From positions 186,001 through 250,000 of the forward strand of contig NW_026927632.1 in assembly GCF_032062105.1 (NCBI RefSeq): DNA of 64,000 bases. The letters run 5' to 3'. Each line of letters opens with the position of its first letter. The stretch's first letter is position 1. The translations under genes were made by a program, and so were the position numbers. The DNA comes from Saccostrea cucullata (taxonomy: Eukaryota). Positions 1 through 13,954 of this stretch are shown one piece after another. Under the pieces are notes generated by a model. The model searched no databases. It saw only the letters and a program-made list of their open reading frames with translations, and was not told the DNA's origin.

Positions 1-1411
1 AAAGAAAAATTGCATTTTAAGTAACAGGGAACAATTTAGGACTCGGCTCAGCCGATAATTTACAGTTTACATTACAAAACAAAGACAAAAAACAAACAAA
101 CCATAAATTATAAATGATAACGAGAGAAGGTTTGGTGCACATGTGCGTTTTGTAATTTTTTTGGCTTGTCAGCAATACTTTCTTCGGATCTCTGCCGACC
201 TAAATTACTCCAATATATCCATGACATTATTTTACAAGTACAAAGGAAATGTAAAGGAAACAATCGTGGTTATCTTCAGTAAATACCATAACATGCCGTT
301 CTCCATTCCCTGGCGGCAATATTGTGTGTTAGTTTATTACTGCAATTCAGTTTTACAGGGACCATAATTTGACAAGGACTTGAGTACGCTAGAAAACCGA
401 TTTTTGATTATAATGTAACTGAAAGGGGCATTTACAGGCGACATAAATTACATCTTTATTTTTACTCTCAGGGTGGGATCATTATGCAGGAATTGAGGGT
501 CGTCAACTTAAAAATAGACATCCGGTCTCCGTGTTGCTGCAATCTCGTCACCCTTAGTTAATTACCTGTTTGCCAATGTTTGTATCAGAGTCATTTTTTT
601 AGGTGCAGAATCCCTTATATACGTTATATGTATACAAGTTATATACTGTATACGAGTTTTCTCGATGTTAACTTGAAATGATGTTAGACCTTTGTCCGTC
701 TGTCTGTCTCTCCGTATACTGACTTACTTGTCCCGGGGGGCATGATGGTCGGTCGTTTGGTGACATGTTTTTAATCTCGGTTTTCCGGCTAGGTGATAGT
801 GCCCGCTTAGCTCTATGATGTAGGCCTGCATCATTCAACCTTTGTACACTATCTGAAATATATAGACAATATACTCAAACCATTTGTACAATAGGGGAGG
901 CATTCATGATTCTTTCACCTTAATTTATGACTTTTTTAAATTTCTTTCTTGAAAAAAAAATATTTCGGGTTTTTTATTCAACTTAATAAATAAAATTGAT
1001 AAACATTTCTTTGTTACATATTCCCTTCAAAATGTTAAATTAAAAGGAATGAAGTTAACTGTATGCTAAATTGTGTGATTTTTAAGAAACAAAAATTTAA
1101 TTCAAAATGTATAGATAAAATGGACAACAATGTGATAATTAAATAAATTGCTTGATTTACTACTGACTTAACAAAAGCATATAAAGCCTGGAAGAAAACT
1201 GTGAAAAATTAATACTGGGACCCACGACAAGTGATCCTGAGTAAAACTGTTTGCCATGCATTAGTTTTGAAAATAGCTTTTTCGATGAATGGTAATGCTG
1301 TTTACGAGTTACCTTTAAAGTGGATAAAAATGCATTACATTGTCATTCTTATGTTTAACACAAACATAATTGAGACAAAAAGGGGCACCCCTTACCCCAC
1401 CCTTAAATTAT

Positions 1412-1449
<38 letters not shown>

Positions 1450-2459
1450 TTAAATTAGGACATAAGAAATTTTGCAAATATGAGCAAATTGAAATAAGAA
1501 GGCGAAATACATGTATCCAATCAGCTGTTCTGCAGAATTTTCCAGCCTATCTTCTTTTTTTATCACTTACTATATAACGGTTTGTGTCACAGTGCAGGAA
1601 CAACAGATTTTGTAAACCGAACATGTTATAATTTCAAAGATTTCAAGCTGTCATAGAACATTTTAATATAACAAAATAAGACCCTGAGATCATAATATTT
1701 TCAATAAACGTCATACCTGCAAGAAGGAATGTTATTCCAAAAATAAAAATTCTAAACAAGAAGGTCCGTTCCATATCGCTCTTACTTATCGAGATTGCCT
1801 GCTATCTGAAGATAATAAACGATCCTCTCCCGCGAGAGGCGTGTGTTGTTTATCAACAAGGTCTAGTATATTACATGTGGGATGAACAATGGATCCACAA
1901 ACAAGGTGTCGTATAAAATTACCCCCTCACTTTCTTCACGCCTCAGTAAAAATGTGCAGACGCAATAACATTGAAATTACAAATGAACTTTTACGTAGAA
2001 CATTCTAATAAATCGGTGTACGAGTTTCGTGCAATTTTTTTTATTTTTAAAAAAAGGTAATTTGTAGATAAAAATCATGCAACACAATTAATAAAGAATT
2101 AATAAAACATATTGAAATTATTATAATTTTTATTATATAAGGAAGCAAGCACCGTTAATTAAATGCATGTAATTTTAAAATGCATGTAAAATAAATCCTT
2201 AGCCTGCCAATCTTTTTATATAATTATGCCGTAATAATTAAGATTTTTTTAAATAAGGTCAAACATCAAACAATGTCTTTACGTTATGTAGGTTGATTTT
2301 CTTGTCAGAATAAACATTTTTTGGACAAGAATTCTTCTAAATACATAAGAATTAGATTAGAATCAAGTGAGCTATAAACGACGGTATATTTATAACCTCC
2401 TTAGCTAGTGTTGTGTATATAATTTCCATTAAAGATTTAATTCAAATGGAATCATGATT

Positions 2460-3340
2460 ACACGTGCATTTACAGGGATCTATTTAATTAAATTTACTAC
2501 TCGTGAGCTAACAATAAGAGTACACGAGTGCTCAGGGATCCACTCGTATTTATTACACGTGTATTCATTTAGGATTTATTATACGTGTACTCATTGAGAT
2601 CAAATGTACGTACGTTTATACTCACTAGGATTAATTACACGTATACTCACTAGGATTTATTACACGTGTACTCACTATGATTTATTTCATATGTACTCAC
2701 TAGGATTTATTACAGGTATACTCATTAAGATTTATTACACATGTACATACCAGGATTTCTTACACGTGAACTCAGTTACCTATAGATTTATTGAACGTGT
2801 ACTCACTAGGATTTATAACACGTTTACTCACTGCCATGGGATCAGTTCCATATATAAACACTAAGATTAATTACACGTGTAATCAGTTGGGATGTATTAC
2901 ACGTGTACTCATTTAGGATTTATAGCAGGTGTACTCACTAGGATTTATTACACGTATACTCAATAGGACTTATTACACATGTACTCTATCACTAGAATTT
3001 ATTACACATATAATAAGTTGGGATTTATTACACGTATCAGTTGGGATTTATTACATGTGTGTATATACTCACTAAGATTTATAACACGTGTAAATAAGTT
3101 TGGATTTATTACAGGTGTACTCACTACGATTTATTACACGTATACTCATGCACTCGGATTTATCACACATGTTGTCATTTGGATTCCTAAAACGTGTACT
3201 CACTAGGATTTATAAAACATGTAATCAGTTGGGATTTATAACACGTGTAATCACTCGGATTTATTACACATTTACCCATTTGGATTCCTTACACGTGTAT
3301 TTACTATGATTTATTACACGTCCACTATTTTTGAACACCT
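2460..3340. repeat. Degenerate ~25-bp tandem repeat (consensus ~ACACGTGTACTCACTAGGATTTATT), roughly 30-35 units
   Basis: The unit recurs head-to-tail, e.g. acacgtatactcactaggatttatt-acacgtgtactcactatgatttatt at 2637-2686. It accounts for the repetitive ORFs 2604..2864, 2979..3206 and 3100..3309. Confidence 0.9.
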
Positions 3341-3979
3341 GTTTTCACTCGGCTTCATAAGAAGTGTACTTGTGTAAACTAGGATAACACAATTTTCACT
3401 GAATTCAATGTTTTAACACGACTAAATTATAAACATTCACATGTATATAGACTGACCTTGTCCCAAAAAACGATGGAGAATTTTTGTCTTCATTATTTTG
3501 AGGGTTTTTATAAATGTTTGCAGTTATAATTTTTCTAGACTAAATAATAAACATGTACATGTATATAAACTGACCTTATCATTTAAATTAAAATGTACGA
3601 CTGAAGTCCGATCATTGGATTGAGTATTAGTAATTGAAATATCCACAGAAATTCAAATGTCTCTAATTTCACTTGTTATGTATAATTAACAATATTTATT
3701 CAAAGTTCAACACTAATTTTCTATTTTAGAGGGAAATTTATCAAATCTCAAATATATTTATGGAACTGTGTTTGACACTTGTTAAAGAAAACGCAAGGTT
3801 GGAATTGGAATTTTCATTAATGATTTTTTTTTTAATTAAATAATTAACGAAGCAATCAAAATCTGTCAACACATCGTATTCTTGTCAATAGCAAACATAA
3901 AATTTATTGTCCAATCCTATTATGATCATTCATAATAAAATATTGTAAAAAATCAAATCAAAATATATTATTCCTGGTC

Positions 3980-4130
3980 GATGAGAGGTGTCTGTATTTA
4001 TCACAGGCACTTGTTTTGGAAATAAATTTTTACCCATGGTATTATAATAACAGTGTTATTATAATACTATTGGTTAAAAAATTACTACTGAAACAAGAGC
4101 CTGAGGTATTTGTACATATACCCCTCTTCC
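3980..4130. mobile_element. Small palindromic (hairpin) MITE-like element
   Basis: cacaggcacttgtttt...ggtattataataac-agt-gttattataatac...aaacaagagcctgag forms an imperfect inverted repeat. A related arm motif (cacaggcgcttgtttc) occurs at 22466. Confidence 0.55.
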
Positions 4131-5331
4131 CAGCAGAAATTATTCCTCGTGCGTGGGTCTGATAGGAATTAAATGAACGTACTGGTAACTCAAAATATCA
4201 CAGGCTGTAATACATGTATACTGTAACGTTATTCCGATATTTACCCGCTATTTAAAAATTTATGTACCAAAAGCAATCACGTTTGTAAGGAGTTTATGCA
4301 TAATTTTTTTCAATCACATCTAAAATCAGTTATTGATATATATTGTATGTATATTGTGAAACCACTCTAGTATAACCTGTTATTACATATCAATTTCAAA
4401 ATCGACAATACCATAAATATTTTTGAAGGGTCGTAGGTTAACTCAAGACCTATTTAACAGCAATGCAAGTTTTATTATCCACTTCTGTGTACATTTCTCT
4501 ACTCCTGGCTGAGACAAGCGCAGATGTAGGCAATGTGTTATAAAAGTGTAAATTGAATATTTAACATGTCTACAGGATACATGGTGCTTTAGAGCCTTGA
4601 GTTCTTTAACATCAATCATTGATTAACTTAGTGCAGTTACAGCTCTCTCTCTCTCACAGTTGATTAATTCAATGTTGGATTGAAAATTTACTAGTGCACC
4701 AACCTCATTCAACCAAACTCAAGGATGTTTAACAAGGTTTGACCTTTCATATAACTTTAAAAAAAACTATTAAAGATAGTTATCAAAATTCATATGCTGC
4801 TACATATTGAAGAGGGCTATTCAACTGTCTGCTTCAACAGTTTTTGATCTTGGCCTTTCCTTTGACCTTGACCTTACTTTCTTAAATTAGTGATTCTCTC
4901 AATTTCAGAGAAACTTAAGATATTTTTAACAAATCTTATAATTATGCTTCAAGTTTTTATATACATATATATTACAAAATGGTGAGCACTTCCAATTTTC
5001 AACTGCTGTTCTTAACCTTTTCTTTAACCTTGGCTTCAAAGACGGTTAAAATACTGGTACATCAAACTTTATAACTGTATTATATTGATGAGAGTTATAT
5101 ACGTGTAATTGTATCAGTTTTGGATCTTGTCCAATTAAAATGAGAGTAGGACCACAATAAACATCCTAGTAATAAACAAAATTTGTTATAATCTTAATTG
5201 CTATTTCTGTAGTACAAATCTTAGTTTTTGAAATGTTTGTTTGTATGCTAACTACCTTAGTTTATTTCAACTAAAAGAAAAAAAAAACAAATGTCATCAC
5301 AATTTATTCAGATTAACTCCATAAAACATAT

Positions 5332-8300
5332 TTAAGACATCTCCACATGGAAAGGTTTTTTCCACAGTCTTATTATCACCTTAGTCCTGCCAGCCTTTGT
5401 CTTTTCTGAAATAATGTCCAAAATACGAGTCCTTTGCACTTTGTAGTGTGTGTCAGTTTGATCCAAGACAATATCAATACAGTCTCCAACTTTTATCTGA
5501 AAAAATGTCATAAGTATATCAATTGTTTATATCAATGGTTCATGAATCTTCAATTAAACCTCAATTTGCATCTTTTCAGCTTTGCTAGTCACAGAGCAGA
5601 AGCACTTGTGTGATACTAAAGCTATCCATTGTCCATCTGTCTAATAATTTTTCGCGATTTAAATTTAACGCGAAAGTGTAGACACAATTATGAAAGGTAT
5701 CAGGGTAGCAATGTGGAGTATTTAAGAAAACACAACCCTAAACAATTTTTTAAACTTTTTGATAAGAAAAGAAACAAATCAGAATCAAGTGTATCAGCAG
5801 AAGTCTTTTTTGAACATTTTAAAAATTTGTATCAACAAGATTTAGTACCAGATATTGAAGTAGAACCCACTCTAACCAATAATCAAGAACAAATATACGA
5901 AGAATTAGATTATCAAATAACTGAGAACGAAGTAGATAAAGCTATCAGTAGATTGAAAAACAATAAAAGTAATGCAGAAGACGGCATAATTAATGAATTT
6001 TTCATTAAATGTAAAGATATAATGACACCAATCACATGTAAATTATTTAACAAGATTTTTAATTCTGGCCATTACCCTGAAAATTGGTCAACAGGATGTA
6101 TTGTGCCCATTTTTAAGAAAGGTGACAAAGATGATCCTAACAATTATAGAGGTATTACTTTAGTAAGCTGTTTAGCTAAATTATTTACAAGTATTTTAAA
6201 TCAAAGATTGTTGGAGTGGGACAAAGAATATAATATAACGACAGATGCACAATTTGGTTTTAAACACAATGCAAGTACCATTGATGCAATTTTTGTTTTA
6301 CAAACTCTGGTAAATAAGATGCTTAGAAATAAGAAAAGATTGTATTGTTGTTTTGTTGACTATAAAAAAGCTTTTGATTATGTTAATAGATCTAGTCTGT
6401 GGATGAAGCTTAAATTATATGGTATAGATGGAAAAATGATGTGTATAATTAAATCACTTTATCAGAAGGTGAAAGCATGTATAAAACATAATGGAGAACT
6501 GTCAGAGTATTTTAATATTACAACCGGTGTATTACAAGGTGAAATTTTGTCACCATTATTGTTTTCAATGTATGTCAATGATTTTGAAAATCATTTTATA
6601 TCTACCAATTGTCCATCAATAGAACTACAAATGATTAATTTATTTTTACTTATGTATGCTGATGACACAGTATTAATGTCAGAAACACCAGAGGGTTTAC
6701 AAAATATGTTAAATTCATTGTATACATATACATTAGAGTGGAGTTTAACTGTTAATGTTGAAAAAACAAAAATATTAGTGTTTAGAAACAGTGGACATAT
6801 TAGAGCTAACGAACACTGGGAATATGATATAGTAGTTAATGAGTTTAATTATCTTGGTATGTTGTTTAATTTTCATGGTAAATTTGCAAAAACACAACAA
6901 CATTTTGCATCACAGGGAAGAAAAGCCATGTATAGTGTTTTGAATAGAATGAAAGATTTGAATTTTAACGTTAAAACACAATCAGATATGTTTGAGACTT
7001 ATATTAGCCCTGTACTGTGTTATGCATCTGAAATTTGGGGATGGCACAAAGCTAAAGATATAGAAAAAGTACATCTTTCATTTTGTAAAAGAACACTTAA
7101 AGTTAGACAGAATACTTATAACAGTATGGTATATTGTGAATTAGGTAAATTGCCTCTTGAATTGGTCAGGAAAAAGAAAATCTTTAAATACTGGTTAAAA
7201 TTAAGAAATAGTGCAATTGCATTCTTCAAGCATGTCTACAAGAAAGGTTAGAAAATAATGATGACTGGATTGTAAATATTAAGAATGAATTTTATAGGCT
7301 TGGTTTAGTAGAACTATTCGATAGCAATTGTATAAATAGTAACACAATTGATATTTTATATCAGAGAATGTGTGACGAATTTATCCAAAACATTATGTCA
7401 GATTTAGGTAAATCACCAAAATGTCTCATTTATCAACACCTGGTAGATAATTTTACCCTTCAGTCTTATTTATGTAAACCAATACATCTAAAATATAGAG
7501 TAACAATTACCAGATTAAGACTATCTGCGCATAACTTAATGATTGAACAAGGAAGATATAATAAAACTTTGAGAAATAACAGAACATGTAGTCTCTGTCA
7601 GTTAGGTAACATAGAAGATGAATTCCATTTTGTGTTAAAATGTCCACATTACAACACATTAAGACAAAAATACATTAAATCCTACTACTCCCGAAGACCA
7701 AGCGTCTTCAAATTGGTACAGCTACTCAGTACACAGAATATAAAAGAATTATGTAATTTAGGAAAATTTTTGCAATTAGCGAATGCCTCAAGAACAGCAT
7801 CTTTATCAATTTTATAGATTATCAGAAATATTATATGCTTTGCACATGTACGTTGTATGTTTATTCCATTATTGCACGTGTTAAGATGTATGTTTATTTC
7901 ATTATTACATGTGTTATGTCTATGAGATGTATGTCTCTCGACTTCAATAAAACTGAAACTGAATTTTTCATTACATTTATTTATTTATTCACCAATCAAG
8001 GATTCTCAAGAGGCATATACAATTTTAAAAAAACAATATAGTCATGATTATAACAGCATTAACAAGTAGTGGTTGCATCTGATGCAAAATTGGTTTGATC
8101 CTCACTTGCAAAAGTTCTCAGATTTGAAATATTGGTATAGTTCACAATGAAAAATAAGCATCACATAAAATATAATAATAATACAATACATAGGAAAAAC
8201 CCAGCTGCTTTACACTTCAATGAAAAAACAGATAATAGCAAACAAGTAATCATAAAGTTACTCAATATTATCAGGGACCTATATACTAACTATATAGGTC

Positions 8301-11300
8301 CCAGGTATTATTACAGAAAGTATCACTGTAAAAATTGCATTTGGGATTTAAACATTTCCATGACGTGTATAGATCTAAACATATATAGAAATATGTTTAA
8401 CGACTTAATACTTATGTCTAAAAATGTTTTATATCTAAACGTGTTTAGAAATTAAACACGTTCTGCTGTAAAGTGCAGAGTTATCTTCCCGGAAATGACA
8501 CAAAAACAGTCGTATATTTGAACGTTAATTTGAGCGGCCATCGAAACAAAGCAAATCACAACAACCTTATGTGACGTATCAATAAGAGTTACTGACAACC
8601 CAAAGGATAACCACGCAGAAATATTGAAAATCATTTGAAAGGCATCTTTTTACTGCAATATATTAAAGGTATGTTTTCTTTTTTAAGATTTGCATTAATA
8701 CACCATGATGAACAATGTAAACAGTGACTGGGGTTCGTTTATAGACTTGTAGGAGAGGAGTCAATATTGAATTTCATTAAAAATAACTATTTTGATATCA
8801 GTACAGTTTCAATACAACTTGAAAAATTTATGTCAACTTCAGTGGGCAGCGTACTTTCAATTAAAATCTGACTTTCTTTCCTACAGGTTATGTGAGTAGT
8901 CCAGATCAAACTCCAAGCATGTATGAAAGTACCTGGCATCATCTTCAAGTGCAAATTGTTGTTCTATAATCAACACTAAGAAACATATTTTTATGAAATG
9001 TACTGGGTTAATTGGACAATGTTCGACAGTTTTGAATACAAATACCTTAAATCATCCTTGTGCATTTGAAATGGAATACTAATTTTCGGCAGTTAATTAC
9101 TGATGGGATATTATATTGTTGTGCTTTAGAACTGCTGAAAATTAATAAAGTTTGACATTTTGGTGATTGACATATGGAAAACTCTGAAACCTATTGAAAC
9201 TGTAATTAATCATCATTATATATATGTATGTAAAAATAAACCTTTGTAATTTTAATTTCAATTTCTTTAAAAAAGCATTTTAAAAACCATTCACGGAAGT
9301 TTTGATATAGAATTGTCTGCTTAATTATTTATTTATTTTTTATAATATACTGTATATAATTTTGAAGATGCATAATTTGTTGCCCATCTCTGCATTAAAA
9401 ATATGTCATGCTGATTGAACTTAAACTTGAGAACAAATTAAATTTGTCTAAATTAAGTACATCACCAATTGTAAAGTGTCTATATATCTAAAACATTCAG
9501 TTGCCTTATGATAAATAATTTATATCTGTTAATATTTGAAAATTTTGACAATAATATTATGTGTATTAATTAAGCTCTTTGTGTAAAAATTTACAAGTGT
9601 TTATACTTTTTCTGCAGGTAAACTTGTTTGAATTTGTTAAATCTAGATATGTATAATTTCTAAGCACATAAGAAATAATGTGTTTAGAATAATCAATCCA
9701 AACACTTTTTTAAACACTTTTTTGTCACCTTCTTTTTTATATATTTAATTCCTAAACATGTAAAATTTCTAAATATGTATGAGAAAGTGTTTAGAATCTA
9801 AACACTTATGTGCTTCCATTCTAAACACTTTCTCATACATGTTTAGAAATTTTACATGTTTAAGAATTAAACATATAAATAAGAAGGTGACAAAAAAGTG
9901 TTTAGAAAAGTGTTTGGATTCTAAACACATTTCTTACAGTGTATATATTTTGCTGGCCTGGTAGCATAGCATGCTATTTCTCCTGCAAGTACTGAAGTAA
10001 ACTACACTAATGTAGATAGTTCTGAATAACATTTTATGAGTTTTATGAACTGTGATGTTTTTCCTCCTACAATATTTGGTAACAAGCATTCTACAGAGAG
10101 AAACATAATTCTGTATTTAAGTTTTTTTGAGTTTGTTATTTAAAATTTAATAAATATTTTTTTTATTCCTTTAAAATGTTACTCCTACAGTTTAATCAGA
10201 TTACAATTAAGATTTATATACAAGCAGAACACAAAAAGATACTGTATACAATGTAGTGGATGTATATAAACTTGTCATGGTTATTTAAAATTAGACATTT
10301 CTGTGAATCCCTTTCCAAATGCTACTTCCCCAGTTTTATAATTTAAATGCAATATAGCTTGTGATACAAAATTTGATTGTGGATCATTTAATATTCTAAA
10401 TCATTAATGCCTGGCCTTTCATTTGAAAAAACTTAACTCCCTTTCACCAAAGGATGTTTTGTGGCAAGTTTGGTTGAAATTGACCCAGTGGTCCTGGAGA
10501 AGAAGTCGAAAATGTGAAAAGTTTAAAGAAGGACTTACAGATGGACGCTGGACAAATTGTGATCAGAAAAGCTCACTTGAACTTTCAGCTCAGGTGAGCT
10601 AAAAAAGATTTATATTAGGGCTGGGTGTTGGCCAGAGATTTTGTATTGTGATACATGTATATTGCGATATTTTTAGCTGTATTAATTGCGATATATATAC
10701 GAGGGCCGTTCAAAAATTACGCGGACTTGTTGCACAGAAGAAATATTTGACGACATAATCGGGCAAAATTTCACAAATAATATAAAAAAATCTTTACTTA
10801 TATGGTCTTCAAAATTTCATATAAAAATTTTGTAAATTGGTATTGATTTTGAGTGATTTTTCAGGACATACCATTAAGTCACGGCGCAGCAAAATCTTCG
10901 ACGTCACAAGCATTATAAAAAATATGTAATTAAGCTTTCATTTTCTCAACATTTTCCTTTGAGTACCTGTATAGTTTGAGTTACCTTAGCTACTCAACAT
11001 CAAAACACCATTTCTTGTCAAGCTTAAAATCTATAAAACAAGTAAAGAATATTCTTTTTTTTTTTTTAAACCAAAAACTACTTATGAGATATAGTGTGAT
11101 ATTGGTGACTCTCAATCACGCTCTTTACAGTCCGGATAAAGTTAACTTTTCGTCTATAATCTTCTTCCCGTCCTCCCGTATAGCCTTTTTACAGAGGTCT
11201 AACTGTCTAAAATTTCAATTTGCTATTTGTGGGCAAATGTCACGAGTAGCCTAGTTTACTACATGTTTTATTATGCATATTTTGGATCTATGCTGCCGAT

Positions 11301-13691
11301 ATCTTGAGCATTACACATATTTTAACAAAAGTTTGGTGCGCCGTCAATTCAGGAAACGTCATTTTCACAGTCGTTTTCACGGGAATCGCATCAGAGAAAA
11401 ATCACTATATTTCTGTTAGTACTTCAAATATTACGTCCAAATTCTAAATACATAATAATAGAACAATTTAAAGGTACATTTGAGAAAATTGTTGAAAAAT
11501 ATCGCGAATTTTAGAAAATCAATGAGTTAAATTTTTGAATCCGCATGCTTTTGCTTCAATTTTTTTGTCGTGCGCCGTACCTCTCCATCAACAATATCAA
11601 CATACCGATAATTTTAGTAGAATTTTGTTAAAATACAGAAATTTTGCCCAAAATTTATTGGAATCTTTAAGATACATATTTCTGTGAAATATTATAACTA
11701 TTTGACGTCTCTAAGAGTAAATAATAGCACAGTCCGCGTAATTTTTGAACGGCCCTCGTATGTGTTGCAATATTTTCATTGAAAATTACAATGGCATTTT
11801 TTTTTTTTTAATATCAACTTTAATTTACATGCAGGATTGTACATAAATATGAAAAGTAACCAAAAGGAAATTTGATTTTATTGAAGTTATGCTCTGAAGT
11901 AGAGCCATAAAACAGCTTCTGTCTTACTGTTTGGTTTATAATAAGCCTTTCTTACATTTATTTTTATAGCGAGCGCAGCGAGCTCAATAGACTAATGTGT
12001 AAGAACAGAGGAAATTCGGAATGAAATCTGTACATACGTCAGGCAAATTTCTCTGTGCAACATTCCCAGAATTCCTGCACTACCCAATGTCCTTTGCGCG
12101 AATAAATCAAAAAAAAGTAAAAAAAATAAAGGAACATTGTTTCTTACCGAGACGGTAACTTAACGAAATGGTTTTGCCTTGCCTTATTCAAAAAAATACC
12201 CCCATGCCACAACACTGGCCTTCACCTTGCCCTTCGGAAATGATACATATGACATCACCGGAAACTTACGAATTTTGACGATATGCTAATTAAGTCATGT
12301 CGGTTGCTTCCGTGAAATAGATAAATAAATAAACAATAACTTAAAGCATAAAAAGCTTTCAGTTTGTAGAAATCTTTCAAAGAAACAAAAAATAACTCTG
12401 CAATGTTTTTCGACCAAAATTGTGCTAGGTCTATAGTTTAAACCAGACGCTCGGCCGTTTCCATAGGCTCCGACGAGCTCCCTGACGTCGTGTGACGTCA
12501 CAGCTAGACGAGATGTCTCGTGCGACTTGATGTTTGAAGTGGCTGATCAATTTTTTAAGTGTTTTGATGGTACAACTGTGCTCGCCTCAACGGTCACACC
12601 GTAAAACATATTATTTTAATGATAAAATTCCTTAGTTTAATTAAGCATTTTGCCGATGTATTGAAACAACACAAATGTATTGCAATACCATATTTTTTGT
12701 CATTGTATTGAAATATACCACATAAATATCGGTATTAAGCCAAGCCCTAATTTATATAGAAATTTAAAAGTAAAACAAGACCAGTTTAGAGTTAAGTTTA
12801 CAATGGTTACCTGTGTTGCTTTCTTTTGAGGAAGTTTTCCATTGACTAAGCAGTTTTGTGTTGTGAGTCTCTCTTCTGTTTTTCTAAAAAATGAAAAAGT
12901 AGTTTGAATTTAAAATCTTCTCATTTTTCATTCTTTTATTATTTTCACACTTTAATATGTACATCTGAACACTGTATTATTAATAACAGCCAGTATATGA
13001 AAAAATGTTTGAGGGATAATTTCTTTTAAGTCATAAATCCTTTATGTCATCAAAATTGTTGCAGGGATTGAGTGGCATCATACATGAATTACCGGGTAGA
13101 GAGAAATATAAGAGGGGGTTTAACAAGGTTTGAGAAAAAGACAAAAATTTCCTACAATCTGCTGATCCCAAATGCTTTTGTTATAACAGCATCTAATCGA
13201 GTTGAGCCAACAACAATCATCAGTTGTTTAGGTTTTGATTTAGCAATCTCATCTTCATCATAATCAGGAAAGGATCTCTACAATGCATTATTAATTCATA
13301 AGATTAAAAAAAATCAAAACTAAAGTGCATGGAAAGTTTGTACAGGCCTATTATTTAATTTTTTAACTAAATAGATTTTTACATTAATCAGCTTGGCGTC
13401 TGAACCCTCATTTAAACTGTCTCTTTCTTCAGTATCTGTTACATCCTCTTTATCTTGGCCTGTTTTAAATCTTATCCAAGGATGACACTTAGTTGGGTGC
13501 TTGTCCAACAAAGTTAGTTGTTTAGTTCGGAGGGGGGCCAGAATACGGCAATAAATCTGGAAACAGTTGTGTAAATGACGAATAGAATAATGTTCGTTGT
13601 TTGATAATTGTAATTTTTGTTCCGTTCCATAGAACCTATGTCTTGACATCAGTTTTAAGGCTCGGGGTACACATGATTTCATCTTCGACAT
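5332..13691 (-). CDS. MTRES1: Mitochondrial transcription rescue factor 1-like (C6orf203, S4-like RNA-binding domain), ~222 aa, 4 exons
   Basis: Exons 13691-13383, 13277-13156, 12883-12811 and 5496-5332, all GT-AG with consistent phases. The protein has a basic N-terminal presequence-like region and an acidic stretch, then STRLDAVITKAFGISRLKTEERLTTQNCLVNGKLPQKKATQIKVGDCIDIVL...RTKVIIRLWKK, which matches the S4-like pattern of C6orf203/MTRES1. Confidence 0.85.
5654..7961 (+). mobile_element. 5'-truncated non-LTR retrotransposon (LINE, RTE-X-like), antisense within MTRES1 intron 3
   Basis: RT ORF 5629..7251 carries NYRGITL, QFGF, FVDYKKAFD, GVLQGEILSPLLF and YADD. It continues after frameshifts into 7368..7817, which has a C-terminal CxxC...EDEFHFVLKCP zinc knuckle. 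The 3' end has AATAAA plus an (AACTGA)n tail. 8-bp TSD aatttttc at 5646-5653 and 7962-7969. Clade assignment is from motif memory. Confidence 0.92.
8324..9941. mobile_element. Non-autonomous CACTA/EnSpm-type DNA transposon
   Basis: Termini CACTGTAAAAA (8324) and TTTCTTACAGTG (9941), flanked by tat on both sides. Subterminal TCTAAACA/TGTTTAGA repeats occur at both ends, and the right ~270 bp (9670-9941) is a near-perfect palindrome. Confidence 0.65.
10400..10606 (+). mobile_element. Helentron/HINE-like non-autonomous element fragment (Cg170-satellite-like core)
   Basis: ggcctttcatttgaaaaaactt...ccaaaggatg...aagtttggttgaaattg...cagtgg...gagaagaag, ending gatcagaaaagctcacttgaactttcagctcaggtgagctaaaaa. 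Related copies lie at ~25510-25650, ~35110-35403 and, reversed, from 55387. Confidence 0.7.
10700..11758. mobile_element. Tc1/mariner-type MITE nested in the hAT element
   Basis: Perfect 28-bp TIR CGAGGGCCGTTCAAAAATTACGCGGACT at both ends, TA target duplication, no transposase ORF. Confidence 0.88.
11960..12612 (+). mobile_element. DINE/HINE-like (Helentron) non-autonomous element nested in the hAT element
   Basis: Starts in a T-run with ttttatagcgagcgcagcgagctc and ends with gctcgc plus the short hairpin acggtcacaccgt. The interior is more GC/CpG-rich than the flanks. Confidence 0.5.
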
Positions 13692-13954
13692 CGTCTGTCA
13701 GTGTTTAACTCTTCTGCACCGAGAAGGTAAAAATAACATTACGTTTTTATATTTCTTCAGTTTCGTATTTTTCATACCATATGTTTTTTTTTCTATTTAA
13801 CTGTCGTAAATGTATTAATCTTTTATCAAAAATAAATAATAATTCATTGAAATTCTACTATTATTTAAAACACATAACATGTTAATACTAAAAATATAAG
13901 CTAGCTTTACTTTCACCTTCCAAAATTTTGCGGGAACCTGCTAAGATTGAGTTG
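13692..13954. promoter_or_regulatory. Probable bidirectional promoter between MTRES1-like and Mis18-like
   Basis: Divergent start codons at 13691 (-) and 13955/13994 (+) are only ~260-300 bp apart. Confidence 0.6.

Larger units (their letters stand above)
10616..12749. mobile_element. Non-autonomous hAT element carrying two nested insertions
   Basis: Termini TAGGGCT...AGCCCTA, 8-bp TSD atttatat (10608-10615 and 12750-12757), subterminal (G)CGATA/GTATTG motifs. Confidence 0.8.

Noticed and set aside
143-560. Possible terminal exons of a gene entering from the left
   Set aside because: Acceptor-like sites exist (~171, ~471), but no frame gives a recognisable protein.
1417-1447. Long poly-T; also (CT)n at ~42186-42222 and poly-T at ~51724-51747
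   Set aside because: Ordinary simple repeats with no associated retrocopy that I could identify.
2460-3340. CRISPR-like array or repetitive protein ORFs
   Set aside because: The units are contiguous without unique spacers, there are no cas genes, and the context is eukaryotic. The ORFs are by-products of the repeat.
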